Of a DNA stretch of 64,000 nt, positions 18,720 to 28,454 are shown piece after piece. Source of the stretch: Deltaproteobacteria bacterium SG8_13 (GTDB lineage Bacteria; Desulfobacterota; Desulfobacteria; Desulfobacterales; SG8-13). Location of the stretch: NCBI GenBank assembly GCA_001303025.1, contig LJNK01000008.1:663-64662 (forward strand). The letters are read 5' to 3'. Below the pieces are notes generated by a model. It ran no database searches and was not told the origin of the DNA. It saw nothing but the letters and a program-made list of their open reading frames with translations. The translations under genes were made by a program, and so were the position numbers. Each line of letters opens with the position of its first letter. Position 1 is the first letter of the stretch.

Positions 18720-18829
18720 TTTACTGTTTTTCTGCTTTGTTGCGAGGCATTATACCCGATCCGCATCGCCTTTTCTTCCAGCACGCCGGACCCGACGAAA
18801 GGATTCCCGGCACACTCAAGGAGTAGGAT

Positions 18830-20188
18830 ATGTTCCCCACTGTTTTAGTCGTTGATGACGAACCCTCTATCCTTCAGTCTCTGGGAGGACTGCTCAGCGA
18901 TGAGGGTTTTGAAATCCTAACGGCATCCAATGGTTATGAAGCGCTAAAGCTCATCGAGAGCGATACCCCGGACCTGGTTCTGCTGGACATCTGGATGCCG
19001 GGGCTCGATGGAATCGACACGCTGCAAGAAATCAGGAAAAACAACCCCCAGATTCAGGTAATCATCATCACCGGGCATGGAACCATCGAAACCGCTGTCA
19101 AGGCAACCAAGCTGGGGGCCTACGATTTGATCGAAAAACCGCTGTCGATCGACAAGGTGATCGTTACGATCAACAATGCCCTGCACTTCCGACGCCTCGA
19201 AGAAGAAAACCAGTACCTGCGCAAAAAGATGATCGAAAAAAACTCGATCAGCGGCAGCAGCCCCCCGACGCAGGCACTCAAGCAGCAGATCGCTGTCGCC
19301 GCGCCAACGGACACCTGGATTCTGATAAAAGGGGAAAACGGCACGGGAAAGGAGCTGGTCGCCCGCACCATCCACCAGCTCAGCCAGAGAGCTTCTCAAC
19401 CGATGGTTACCGTAAATTGTGCCGCCATTCCTGAGGAATTGATCGAAAGCGAACTCTTCGGCCATGAAAAGGGCGCCATCTCGGGCGTCGCCGGCAAAAT
19501 GAGGGGAAAATTTGAACTCGCCAACGACGGAACGATTTTTCTCGACGAAATCGGGGACATGAGCCTCAAAACACAATCAAAAATCCTGCGGGTCCTGCAG
19601 GAACAGAAATTCAACCGGGTCGGCGGCAGCCGAATCATAACGGTCAATGTGAGAGTGATTGCGGCCACCAACAAAGATCTCAGGGAAGAAATGGAAAAGG
19701 GGCGATTTCGCCAGGACCTTTTCTTCCGGTTGAACGTGGTGCCTATCGAAGTTCCTTCTCTCAGAGACCGGATTGCCGACCTGCCGCTGCTGGTGGAGAC
19801 GTTTCTGGAGGAATTTTCAAAGAAGAGCCAGAAGCCTGCTATAAAGGTGTCAGAGAGCGCGATGGCGCTTCTTTCGCGCTACCCATGGCCGGGAAATGTT
19901 CGAGAGTTAAAAAATCTGGTGGAACGCCTGGCAATCATGGTCGAAAAAGATGTAATCGAAGCCGAAGACCTTCCGGCCCCTTACAATCCGGTCCAGCTGA
20001 AGGAAACCCCGATCGTCGAGTCGCCACTGCTGACCCTCAACAATCTGAAGGAGGCCAAAAAAGTATTTGAACAGGAATTTATCCGCCGCAAGCTGGCCGA
20101 AAATGAAAACAACGTAACCAAAACGGCCGAGTCGATCGGCGTTGGCAGAAGCTATCTCCACAAGAAGATAAAACAGCTGCAGGACTAA
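18830..20188 (+). CDS. ntrX: NtrX-like response regulator (REC + AAA+ + Fis-type HTH) with a degenerate GAFTGA loop
   Basis: The REC domain is VLVVDDEPS..LLDIWMPGLDG and Walker A is [23 protein letters not shown] carries GAISGV where GAFTGA is expected. A C-terminal HTH is present (NVTKTAESIGVGRSYLHKKIK). Confidence 0.85.
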   Translation: MFPTVLVVDDEPSILQSLGGLLSDEGFEILTASNGYEALKLIESDTPDLVLLDIWMPGLDGIDTLQEIRKNNPQIQVIIITGHGTIETAVKATKLGAYDLIEKPLSIDKVIVTINNALHFRRLEEENQYLRKKMIEKNSISGSSPPTQALKQQIAVAAPTDTWILIKGENGTGKELVARTIHQLSQRASQPMVTVNCAAIPEELIESELFGHEKGAISGVAGKMRGKFELANDGTIFLDEIGDMSLKTQSKILRVLQEQKFNRVGGSRIITVNVRVIAATNKDLREEMEKGRFRQDLFFRLNVVPIEVPSLRDRIADLPLLVETFLEEFSKKSQKPAIKVSESAMALLSRYPWPGNVRELKNLVERLAIMVEKDVIEAEDLPAPYNPVQLKETPIVESPLLTLNNLKEAKKVFEQEFIRRKLAENENNVTKTAESIGVGRSYLHKKIKQLQD

Positions 20189-20227
20189 TGAGCCGCGGCA
20201 CGATCGGCTTTCGCCAGGATTCTTGAT

Positions 20228-20782
20228 TTGCGCATCATCGGCGGACAGCTCCGGGGAAAAAAATTGCGCCCTGTAAGGGCAGCAGCCCTCAGGCCGACCT
20301 CCGATCGGCTTCGGGAAGCCGTCTTCAACATACTTTCCGGAAGCATCGAAGGGGCCGTGGTACTCGATCTTTTTGCCGGCACAGGGGCGCTGGGAATCGA
20401 GGCGCTCAGCAGAGGAGCCTGCAAAGCGGTTTTCGTCGACCGCAGCCGAAATGCCGTTGATTTGATTTCCCGTAATGTTCGGGATTGCCGGCTGGAAAGC
20501 CAATCAACGGTCATCCGGTGGGACATCACCAGAAACCTGGATTGCCTTCTTGCAGCAGACCAGACCTACGACCTGGTGTTTCTGGATCCTCCCTACGACC
20601 ACGGGCTCGTATTGACGACCCTGCAGCACCTGCACCGACGCCACCTCCTGGCCCCCGCCGCACGCATGGTCGCAGAGCACTCGTCGTCCGAGCGGCTGTC
20701 ACCCCTGCCGGAAGGGTTGACCATCACCGACACCAGGAAATACGGAAAAAGCCTTGTTTCATTTTTGGTTGCTGTGGTATGA
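20228..20782 (+). CDS. rsmD: 16S rRNA (guanine966-N2)-methyltransferase
   Basis: RIIGGQLRGKKL..RPTSDRLREAVFNIL..VLDLFAGTGALGIEALSRGA..FLDPPY matches the family. It uses a TTG start. The rsmD-coaD pairing is conserved. Confidence 0.88.
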   Translation: MRIIGGQLRGKKLRPVRAAALRPTSDRLREAVFNILSGSIEGAVVLDLFAGTGALGIEALSRGACKAVFVDRSRNAVDLISRNVRDCRLESQSTVIRWDITRNLDCLLAADQTYDLVFLDPPYDHGLVLTTLQHLHRRHLLAPAARMVAEHSSSERLSPLPEGLTITDTRKYGKSLVSFLVAVV

Positions 20783-20884
20783 ATCCGCTGCATCAGTGAC
20801 GATGGTCCCGTCATTGACTGCCTTGGAACAGCCGGGGGCCGGGCGCTGGTTTTTTGAATTTGGGCTCGAGATCGGAACGCTGCC

Positions 20885-21376
20885 ATGAAACGAATTGCCA
20901 TCTATCCGGGTTCGTTCGACCCGGTTACCAACGGCCATCTTGATATTCTAAAACGGGGGCTGAAGCTGTTCGACAAGATCATTGTCGCCATTCTTCACAA
21001 CCCGGGCAAAAGCTCCCTGTTCTCCGTCGAGGAGCGCATCGATATGCTCAGTCGGAGCCTGAAAGGAATGCCGAACACGGAAATCGACACCTTTGACGGA
21101 CTGCTGGTAGATTATGCCGCCCGGCGAAAGGCCCATGCCATATTGCGGGGCATGCGTGCGGTGTCGGATTTCGAGTACGAATTCCAGATGGCACTGATGA
21201 ACCGGCGGCTCAACCGTGAGATACAGACCGTTTTTCTGATGACCGGACTGCGGTGGATTTTCACCAGTTCGTCGATTATCAAGGAAGCCGCCCGTTTCGG
21301 CGGAAATATCGAAGGTATGGTCCCGGCGTTCGTTTTACGCAAGCTCGAAGCCAAATTCAAAGAATCCCAACCCTGA
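20885..21376 (+). CDS. coaD: Phosphopantetheine adenylyltransferase
   Basis: MKRIAIYPGSFDPVTNGHLDILKRG..RGMRAVSDFEYEFQMALMNR..SSSIIKE matches the family. Confidence 0.93.
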   Translation: MKRIAIYPGSFDPVTNGHLDILKRGLKLFDKIIVAILHNPGKSSLFSVEERIDMLSRSLKGMPNTEIDTFDGLLVDYAARRKAHAILRGMRAVSDFEYEFQMALMNRRLNREIQTVFLMTGLRWIFTSSSIIKEAARFGGNIEGMVPAFVLRKLEAKFKESQP

Positions 21377-22272
21377 TGGATCTTTGGCAGCTGCACATAT
21401 TTTGCAAAGTTGTAGAGCAAAGAAGCTTCTCCAAAGCCGGCAAGCTCGTTCACCTCACCCAACCCACGGTCAGCAGTCACATCAAAGAACTGGAAAATCA
21501 TTTCGGCTGTCGTTTGATCGACCGCCTCGCCAAAGAGGCCGTTCCCACACGAGAAGGCCAGTTGCTGTATGAATACGCGTTGAAGTTGGGCGCCCTGCGC
21601 GATGAGGTTGAAACCGCCATCAGTCGCTTCAAAGAGCAGATCAGCGGTAACCTGGCGGTGGGCGGCAGCACCATTCCCGGCGGCTACATACTGCCGCAGG
21701 CGATCGGCAGTTTCCTGCAACGGCATCCAGATGTATATCCTGCGATGAAGGTGGGCGACACCGTCGAGATTGTTGGAGACATCCTCACCGGAGAATTGGA
21801 GATCGGAGTGGTGGGCGCCCGGCTGGCGGATCGACCCATCCGGCAGAAAGTGCTGCTGGAGGATGAAATGCGCCTGATTCTACCCCCGGCCCACCCTTTG
21901 TCCGGAAGCTCGCATATCACCCTGGAAATGCTGATCGGAGAACGGTTCATCCTGCGCGAGTCCGGCTCTGGAACACTTCAGTCATTAAACGCGTGTCTGA
22001 AAGCCAATGGCCACCAGCTCGAAGATCTGCACGTGGTCGCCGAACTCGGAAGCACCGAAGCCGTGGTCAGCGGCGTAAAAAGCGGGATCGGCCTGTCGAT
22101 CATATCCCCGATTGCCGTATCCGAAGAGCTGCAGGCCGGCACCCTCATCGCGCTGCCGATCGACGGCATCGACCTGAAGCGATCTTTTTACCTTACCCAC
22201 CACAAGTACCGCAGCCTCTCTCCTCCGGCACAGGCTTTCGCACAGTATCTGCTGGAAACCTATTCTGGCTGA
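21376..22272 (+). CDS. LysR-family transcriptional regulator
   Basis: MDLWQLHIFCKVVEQRSFSKAGKLVHLTQPTVSSHIKELE is the HTH, followed by a LysR substrate-binding domain. Its ATG overlaps the coaD stop (TGATG). Confidence 0.88.
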   Translation: MDLWQLHIFCKVVEQRSFSKAGKLVHLTQPTVSSHIKELENHFGCRLIDRLAKEAVPTREGQLLYEYALKLGALRDEVETAISRFKEQISGNLAVGGSTIPGGYILPQAIGSFLQRHPDVYPAMKVGDTVEIVGDILTGELEIGVVGARLADRPIRQKVLLEDEMRLILPPAHPLSGSSHITLEMLIGERFILRESGSGTLQSLNACLKANGHQLEDLHVVAELGSTEAVVSGVKSGIGLSIISPIAVSEELQAGTLIALPIDGIDLKRSFYLTHHKYRSLSPPAQAFAQYLLETYSG

Positions 22273-22349
22273 ACGCCCTGCGTCCCGCACCCCGCCATTG
22301 CCCGCGTTTCATGGACCGTCACAGCCGGTCCGGCAGAACTGCAAGCGGG

Positions 22350-22934
22350 TTATTGAAAGAACTGCTTGATCAAAATAAACCCGGCAATGAGCAGCACGGT
22401 AAACGCAACCGCCAGGATATTGAAATACCGTTCGATGAAGGGTTGAATTTTGGGACCGAAGAGGTAAATCGTTCCGCCCACCAGGAAAAACCTCGCGGAA
22501 CGCGAAACCAGAGAAGCCAGAAAGAACACGGCAAAATTAATCTGAAAAGCCCCGGCAGAAATGGTGAATACCTTGTAGGGAATCGGCGTGAAACCGGCAA
22601 TGCCGATGGCCCACGCATCGTAGGTTTGATAGAGGGTTTCAATCGCATCGAACTTGTCGGCCAGACCGTAAAAGCTGATGATTCGATCACCGATCGCCTG
22701 CATGAACTGCCACCCGATAAGATAACCAAAGCACCCACCGAGAACCGATCCGGCTGAGCAGACCCAGGCGTAGACCAACGATTTGCGCGGCAGGGCGATC
22801 GACAGGGCGATCAGCAGAATGTCCGGAGGGATGGGGAAAAAGGAAGACTCGCAGAAGGCGAGCAGAAACAGTGCCCAAGTGCCGTAAGGGGGTTCCGCCC
22901 AATGCAGAACCCAGGAGTAAAGTTTGCGGAGCAT
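22350..22934 (-). CDS. yqaA: YqaA/DedA-related (SNARE-associated) membrane protein
   Basis: YGTWALFLLAFCESSFFPIPPDILLIAL matches the family. It is a polytopic membrane protein of 194 aa. Confidence 0.8.
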   Translation of the reverse strand: MLRKLYSWVLHWAEPPYGTWALFLLAFCESSFFPIPPDILLIALSIALPRKSLVYAWVCSAGSVLGGCFGYLIGWQFMQAIGDRIISFYGLADKFDAIETLYQTYDAWAIGIAGFTPIPYKVFTISAGAFQINFAVFFLASLVSRSARFFLVGGTIYLFGPKIQPFIERYFNILAVAFTVLLIAGFILIKQFFQ

Positions 22935-23594
22935 TTATTTTTCACCCCAGCCATATTCGCCGACCAGTTTCACAAAGCGGCAGCCACCCAAGTTGGTTTT
23001 GCGGATGCCGTGCTCGTCGCGATAAATCTTGAAGAGTTCCTGGGAGTGCTGGTCACCGACCGGCACCACCAGGCGTCCCCCGGCTGCCAGCTGGGCAACC
23101 AGTTTTTCCGGAATTCTCGGAGCGCCTGCGGTCACCATGATTGCATCGAATGGACCTTCTTCTGCCCAGCCGGCCGTGCCGTCGCCCAACCGGGTGACAA
23201 TATTGTGATACTGCAATTTGTCAAACAGCTGGCGGGCCTTGACCAGCAGTGCGTGAATGCGCTCAACGGTAAACACGCGGTAGGCAATTTCGGCCAGAAT
23301 GGCCGTCTGGTACCCCGAGCCGGTTCCAATTTCCAGCACCCGATCGTTTTCGGTGAGCTGCAACGCCTGGGTCATTTCCGCCACGATGAACGGCTGGGAG
23401 ATGGTCTGCTGTTCTCCGATGGGCAGGGGGAAATCCCCGTATGCCTGATCCCGCAGTGCTTCACTGACGAACAGTTGACGGGGTATTTTCCGCATCGCCG
23501 CCAGCACTCTTTGGTCTGAAACTCCGCGAGCCTCTATTTGTCTCCGGACCATCTCTTCGCGATGGCGCTTGTATTTTATCGGCTCTGTTGCCAT
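22935..23594 (-). CDS. pcm: Protein-L-isoaspartate O-methyltransferase
   Basis: PLPIGEQQTISQPFIVAEMTQAL..VLEIGTGSGYQTAILAE..AIMVTAGAPRIPEKLVAQLAAGGRLVVPVG matches the family. Confidence 0.92.
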   Translation of the reverse strand: MATEPIKYKRHREEMVRRQIEARGVSDQRVLAAMRKIPRQLFVSEALRDQAYGDFPLPIGEQQTISQPFIVAEMTQALQLTENDRVLEIGTGSGYQTAILAEIAYRVFTVERIHALLVKARQLFDKLQYHNIVTRLGDGTAGWAEEGPFDAIMVTAGAPRIPEKLVAQLAAGGRLVVPVGDQHSQELFKIYRDEHGIRKTNLGGCRFVKLVGEYGWGEK

Positions 23595-23771
23595 ACGGAA
23601 TTGTTATCAATTCCGCCTGCAAGCGTCAAGACACACAAGGGTCTTCCTGCGGCAGGACAGATCGAAAGGAGTCGACGGTAAGATTTGCGAAAGATGCCTT
23701 TCGTCAGGGGATCATTCGCGCAGAGCCGTTCAGCTGCGCACCGGCCACCCGCTGTGAGAGTTGCGGGCAAA

Positions 23772-24359
23772 CTATATCTTGTAGATGATTCGTTTTTCGG
23801 TGATGATAATGTCCACCTGTTTATCATGGGATTCGGTGGGCACCTGCAGCAACACTTGATTGTCGAGGGCCAGAGCGACTTTACGAGTGGTGATCGGCAG
23901 GTGGGGAATCAAGCGGTCATAAAACCCGTCACCCGGGCCCACCCTGCCGCCTTTTTCGTCAAAGGCGACTCCGGGTATAATGGCAATGTCTATGCAGTCC
24001 ATGGGCACCTTCCGGCATTTGTCCGGGTTCGGCTCGAGTTTCCCGTCCGCTCCGGAACGCATCCCTTTCGGGTATTCATCGATTTTGTACAGCGAGATGC
24101 TTTTGGACCCGTTGCTTTTCGGCAGAACAACGATCTTGTTATGCTCGAAGGCACGTTTGATGACCGCTTCCGAATTTACCTCGTTGGCACCGCTGACGTA
24201 CAGCAGAACGATTTTGGATTCCAGAAAGTTGGCAAATTCGAAAAGACGGTTTTCAATATCGCTGGTTTTCTCTTTTAACTCCGCCGCTGAAAGCTTTCCA
24301 ATCTGGGCAGCCATTTCACTGCGGATGTCGGCCTTCGTTTTCTGGGCGTCCTCCATCAT
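23772..24359 (-). CDS. 5-formyltetrahydrofolate cyclo-ligase
   Basis: KADIRSEM..IVLLYVSGANEV..IVVLPK..IDIAIIPGVAFDEKGGRVGPGDGFYDRLI..QVPTESHDKQVDIIITE matches the family. Confidence 0.88.
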   Translation of the reverse strand: MMEDAQKTKADIRSEMAAQIGKLSAAELKEKTSDIENRLFEFANFLESKIVLLYVSGANEVNSEAVIKRAFEHNKIVVLPKSNGSKSISLYKIDEYPKGMRSGADGKLEPNPDKCRKVPMDCIDIAIIPGVAFDEKGGRVGPGDGFYDRLIPHLPITTRKVALALDNQVLLQVPTESHDKQVDIIITEKRIIYKI

Positions 24360-24489
24360 AGCTCTCCCTTGTTGATGTCTCTTTCTTCACTCCGGTCTAA
24401 ACTTCGCAAGATCGGCGTTTTCACCGCCGCCGCATACACGGTTGCCGGATATGGCCGCAAAGCCGATCCGCCTCCGGGCGCATTAATCA

Positions 24490-24518
24490 TTGACGAATCC
24501 CGGCCTCCATGGTAATTT
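24490..24518 (+). promoter_or_regulatory. Candidate sigma-70 promoter of serS with a ~175-nt leader
   Basis: TTGACG (24490-24495), a 17-nt spacer, then TAATTT (24513-24518). Confidence 0.3.
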
Positions 24519-24697
24519 TTTGGGCGTTTTTTCGCCCGCGACTGCCGATGACCGCCGTCACCCGCCGCCTGACGGTCTCCTCAGATCCCGATCGACCGTG
24601 TTCTGTGGACTCAGATGGTGTCTGTTTTCTCTACCGTCAGCAGCATGCCGAAGGTCTACAACAGGATAATAAATTAAATCTAAATATAGGAATCGAA

Positions 24698-25972
24698 ATG
24701 CTGGAAATCAAGTTCCTTAGACAGAATTTGAAAGATGTTCGCAAAGCCATGGAGGATCGCGGTGCTGCCATTAATCTGGACTCGTTTGAGAAAATCGACG
24801 GCAGTCGCAGGAAAATGCTGCAGGAGATCGAAGAACTGCGGCACCGCCGCAACAGTGTGTCGGATCGAATCGCCGAATTGAAAAAGGCCGGTAAAGATAC
24901 CGAAAAACTGGTTTTGGATATGCGCAAAGTTTCCGGCAGCATCAAAGCACTGGACAAAACCCTGGCGGATGTGGAAAAAGAAGTGTCCGATTTTCTGCTG
25001 GAGATTCCAAACCTGCCGCACGAATCCGTACCCGTCGGCAAAGATGAGCACGACAACCCCTTGCTCAGGCAGGTGGGAAGCCCTCCGGAATTCGACTTCC
25101 AACCCCTGCCGCATTGGACCATCGGCAGCAAACTTGGCATACTCGACTTTGAAAGAGCCGCCAAGATCACCGGGGCGCGGTTTCCACTTTACTTCGGCCA
25201 CGGCGCTGCACTGGAAAGGGCGCTGATCAACTTTATGCTCAACCTGCACACTGGCGAACATGGCTACCAGGAGGTCCTGCCGCCATTTGTGGTAAACCGG
25301 CAGACGATCACCCACACCGGGCAGCTTCCCAAATTTGAGGAAGACCTATTCAAGCTGGAAGGCTGGGATTACTTTATGGTACCCACTGCCGAAGTTCCAC
25401 TGACCAACATCCACCAGGGAGAAATCCTCAGCGAGGACCAGTTGCCCATTTATTACACCGCCTATACCCCGTGTTTTCGATCTGAGGCCGGCTCATACGG
25501 TAAAGACACCCGGGGGTTGATACGCCAGCATCAATTCAACAAGGTGGAGATGGTCAAATTCGCCCTACCGGAGTCTTCCTACAACGAGCTGGAGAAGATG
25601 CTCGTCGATGCGGAAACGGTTCTACAGCGCCTGGGGCTTGCGTACCGGGTTGTGAGCCTGTGTACCGGTGACCTGGGGTTTTCCGCTGCCAAAACCTATG
25701 ACATAGAGGTGTGGATGCCGGCTCAGGGGGTGTACCGGGAAATTTCCTCCTGCTCGAACTGTGAAAGCTTCCAGGCTCGCCGCGCCGATATCCGCTTCCG
25801 CCGCAAAGCGACCAACAAGACCGAGCTGGTGCACACACTAAACGGCTCCGGGCTGGCAGTCGGACGAACGGTAGCGGCTATACTGGAAAACTTCCAGCAA
25901 CCGGACGGATCGGTTCTGGTTCCCGAGGTGCTGCAACCGTTCATGGGAAATATAGAGATTATCCAGCCGTGA
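24698..25972 (+). CDS. serS: Serine--tRNA ligase
   Basis: [22 protein letters not shown] begins the coiled-coil arm. Class II motifs follow ([41 protein letters not shown]). The ORF track extension to 24509 runs through the putative promoter. Confidence 0.93.
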   Translation: MLEIKFLRQNLKDVRKAMEDRGAAINLDSFEKIDGSRRKMLQEIEELRHRRNSVSDRIAELKKAGKDTEKLVLDMRKVSGSIKALDKTLADVEKEVSDFLLEIPNLPHESVPVGKDEHDNPLLRQVGSPPEFDFQPLPHWTIGSKLGILDFERAAKITGARFPLYFGHGAALERALINFMLNLHTGEHGYQEVLPPFVVNRQTITHTGQLPKFEEDLFKLEGWDYFMVPTAEVPLTNIHQGEILSEDQLPIYYTAYTPCFRSEAGSYGKDTRGLIRQHQFNKVEMVKFALPESSYNELEKMLVDAETVLQRLGLAYRVVSLCTGDLGFSAAKTYDIEVWMPAQGVYREISSCSNCESFQARRADIRFRRKATNKTELVHTLNGSGLAVGRTVAAILENFQQPDGSVLVPEVLQPFMGNIEIIQP

Positions 25973-27477
25973 AACTATCAGCATTTCCAGAAGAAATTCG
26001 TCCGCATCTTCTTCCCGCGCCCGGCGGCAAGCTGGTATACCGTTGTCTGGACTGCCGCGAAGAATTCGGCATCGCGCAACTGCTATACACCTGCCCCAAC
26101 TGCGGCCAGGTTTTGCTGCTGCACGATCAAAAATTCCAGCAGCTGCTCGACCGGCCGCCCGCCCTGTGGCATCGTCTCTTTGACTACCGCAAGATGCTGA
26201 ACGTGCCAGCATTGAAAGGCATTTACCGCTACCACGAGTTTATCGGCCCTGTCATCCCCCTGGAAGCAGTTGTCTATCTCGGAGAGGGGCACACGCCGAT
26301 GATAGAAGTCAATGCCAACCTTCAGGAGCAAATCGGTCTGCAGTTTTTTTTCAAAAATGACGGGCAGAATCCCAGCGCCTCCTTCAAGGATCGCGGAATG
26401 GCCAGTGCGCTGAGCTACATTCACTACCTGATCGATCAGAACTTGGCTTCCAACGTGCTGGCGGTCTGCGCCTCCACCGGGGACACATCGGCCGCCGCGG
26501 CCCTATACGCTGCTTATCTGCACCCGCACGTCAAATCCGCTGTGCTGCTTCCGCACAAGAAGGTGACCCCCCAGCAGCTCTCGCAGCCGCTTGGAAGCGG
26601 TGCGGCTGTATTCGAAATACCGGGTGTTTTCGACGACTGCATGAAAGTAGTCGAGCGACTGTCGGAGCAGTATCCCGTGGCACTGCTCAACTCCAAGAAC
26701 GCCTGGCGCATTTTAGGCCAGGAATCGTTTGCATACGAAATCTGCCAGGACCTGGAATACGAGCTGCAGCACAAGGCCGTTGTAATTCCGGTGGGCAACG
26801 CCGGAAATCTGACCGCGGTAATGAGCGGTTTTCTCAAGTTTTACCAAACCGGCATCATTGGCGAACTGCCGAAAATCATCGGGGTTCAATCCCGGCATGC
26901 CAACCCGGTTTACCGGTATTACCAGCAAACGGATGCCGCCCGGCGCCGGTTCTCACCGGTAGCCGTGAAGCCAAGTGTGGCCCAGGCCGCTATGATCGGC
27001 AACCCGGTGTCGATGCCCCGGGTAATACGCCTGGTGGAACAATACGATCGGCTGGCCGGGCGGCAACGGGTCTTTTTCGTCGAGGTCGAGGAACAGGCCA
27101 TCATGGACTGGCAGCTGAAGGCCAACCGGAACGGTCACATCGCCTGCACTCATGGTGGCGAATCACTGGCGGGGCTGGCTGCAGCCGTCCGGCAAGGATA
27201 CCTAAGCAGCCGGGAGGTTGCCGTCCTCGACTCCACCGCCCATGCCCTGAAATTCGCCGGCTTTCAGCAGATGTACTTCGAGCAGCAGTTTCCGCCCGAG
27301 TTCGAAATCAGCCCCGACCGGGCCTTAATCAATACCCCGATGCTGGTGCACCCCCCGGATCTGTCGAAGGTGCCGGCACCGGGAAAGCCGCTTCACGGCA
27401 ATGACCTGGAAAAATTCGTACAGCGGATGGCAGATGAAATTGCCGGACGGCTGAAACTGAAAAAACAGAAGATATGA
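25969..27477 (+). CDS. thrC: Threonine synthase (long form with N-terminal zinc ribbon)
   Basis: The zinc ribbon is [13 protein letters not shown]. The PLP-lysine motif is [14 protein letters not shown], and [11 protein letters not shown] also fits. The GTG start overlaps the serS stop by 4 nt. Confidence 0.85.
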   Translation: MKLSAFPEEIRPHLLPAPGGKLVYRCLDCREEFGIAQLLYTCPNCGQVLLLHDQKFQQLLDRPPALWHRLFDYRKMLNVPALKGIYRYHEFIGPVIPLEAVVYLGEGHTPMIEVNANLQEQIGLQFFFKNDGQNPSASFKDRGMASALSYIHYLIDQNLASNVLAVCASTGDTSAAAALYAAYLHPHVKSAVLLPHKKVTPQQLSQPLGSGAAVFEIPGVFDDCMKVVERLSEQYPVALLNSKNAWRILGQESFAYEICQDLEYELQHKAVVIPVGNAGNLTAVMSGFLKFYQTGIIGELPKIIGVQSRHANPVYRYYQQTDAARRRFSPVAVKPSVAQAAMIGNPVSMPRVIRLVEQYDRLAGRQRVFFVEVEEQAIMDWQLKANRNGHIACTHGGESLAGLAAAVRQGYLSSREVAVLDSTAHALKFAGFQQMYFEQQFPPEFEISPDRALINTPMLVHPPDLSKVPAPGKPLHGNDLEKFVQRMADEIAGRLKLKKQKI

Positions 27478-27534
27478 CGATGGCGACCGCCGTGCTGCGC
27501 GCAGCGGGTCGGTTGCCTGCCTGGAGGGTGATCC

Positions 27535-28299
27535 ATGAGATCTTGGTTAAAGCTTTTTACGGCCTGCATGCTGGTCCTCCTGGTGGTCGCCTCCTGCGGC
27601 CCCAGCAAAGAGCAGCTGATCAGACAGAGCAAGGCCGAAAGGGAACTGGGAAAGCAGTACATGCTTGCCGGCAACTATACATTGGCGCTGAAGCACCTGC
27701 TGGATGCAGAAAAACTCTATCCGGACGATCACATACTGCAAAATTACATCGGACAAGTCTATTTCCTGAAAGAGTCCTACGATCGGTCGATCGAACACTT
27801 TGAAAAAGCCCTCGAATTGAAGCCGGATTATGCGGTGGCCCGAAACAATCTCGGTGCCGTCTATCTGACGATGAAGGAGTGGGACAAGGCCATCGAGGTA
27901 TTCAGCGCACTTTCCGGAGATCTGCTCTATGCCACCCCCCACTTCCCGCAGTACAACCTCGGTCGCGCCTATTATGGCAAGAAACAATATTCGGTAGCAG
28001 AGCAGTACTTCAAGAAGGCCCTGAAGATGGAGCCCAATTTCAGCCAGGCGCTGTGGGGGTTGGGCCTGACATATTTGGCCACCGGCCGCAACGGTGAAGC
28101 CGTTGCGGCTCTGTCCGGCGCCGTGGATATATCCCCGGATTTTGCCCAGGCTCATTTCGATCTCGGCCGGGCCTACCTGAAGCTGCGAAACTACCGCAAT
28201 GCCAAGGAGGCTTTCGGAAGAGTTGCCACTCTGAGGCCGGACACGGACATCGGCCGTGAATCCAAACGGGTGCTAGAGCAGTTGAAGCATGTTCGGTGA
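27535..28299 (+). CDS. TPR-repeat lipoprotein, PilW/PilF/Tgl-like (candidate secretin pilotin)
   Basis: The lipobox is LLVVASCG, followed by about 6 TPR units in a 254-aa protein. It is convergent with pilQ. Confidence 0.65.
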   Translation: MRSWLKLFTACMLVLLVVASCGPSKEQLIRQSKAERELGKQYMLAGNYTLALKHLLDAEKLYPDDHILQNYIGQVYFLKESYDRSIEHFEKALELKPDYAVARNNLGAVYLTMKEWDKAIEVFSALSGDLLYATPHFPQYNLGRAYYGKKQYSVAEQYFKKALKMEPNFSQALWGLGLTYLATGRNGEAVAALSGAVDISPDFAQAHFDLGRAYLKLRNYRNAKEAFGRVATLRPDTDIGRESKRVLEQLKHVR

Positions 28300-28391
28300 C
28301 GGTTCGTCCGTCAGACACGAGCGCAGCGGCATTGGCCGGATTTTTTAAGCCCCGCGCAGACACGATTCAGGCGATGGCTTGACGGCAACAA

Positions 28392-28436
28392 CAGCAAAAG
28401 CCCGTGGCCGGTATCCGGCTGCACGGGCTTTTGCTG
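28392..28436. terminator. Bidirectional stem-loop terminator between convergent pilW-like gene and pilQ
   Basis: CAGCAAAAGCCCGTG (28392-28406) pairs perfectly with CACGGGCTTTTGCTG (28422-28436). The stem has an inner GCCGG-TAT-CCGGC tip. T-rich sequence follows on the plus strand (GTTTCTC). Confidence 0.7.
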
Positions 28437-28454
28437 TTTCTCGGAGATCGACGG

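Noticed and set aside
24509-24697. N-terminal 63-codon extension of serS offered by the ORF track
   Set aside because: The extension is not SerS-like and would begin inside the putative -35/-10 promoter. The canonical SerS N-terminus [10 protein letters not shown] starts at 24698.
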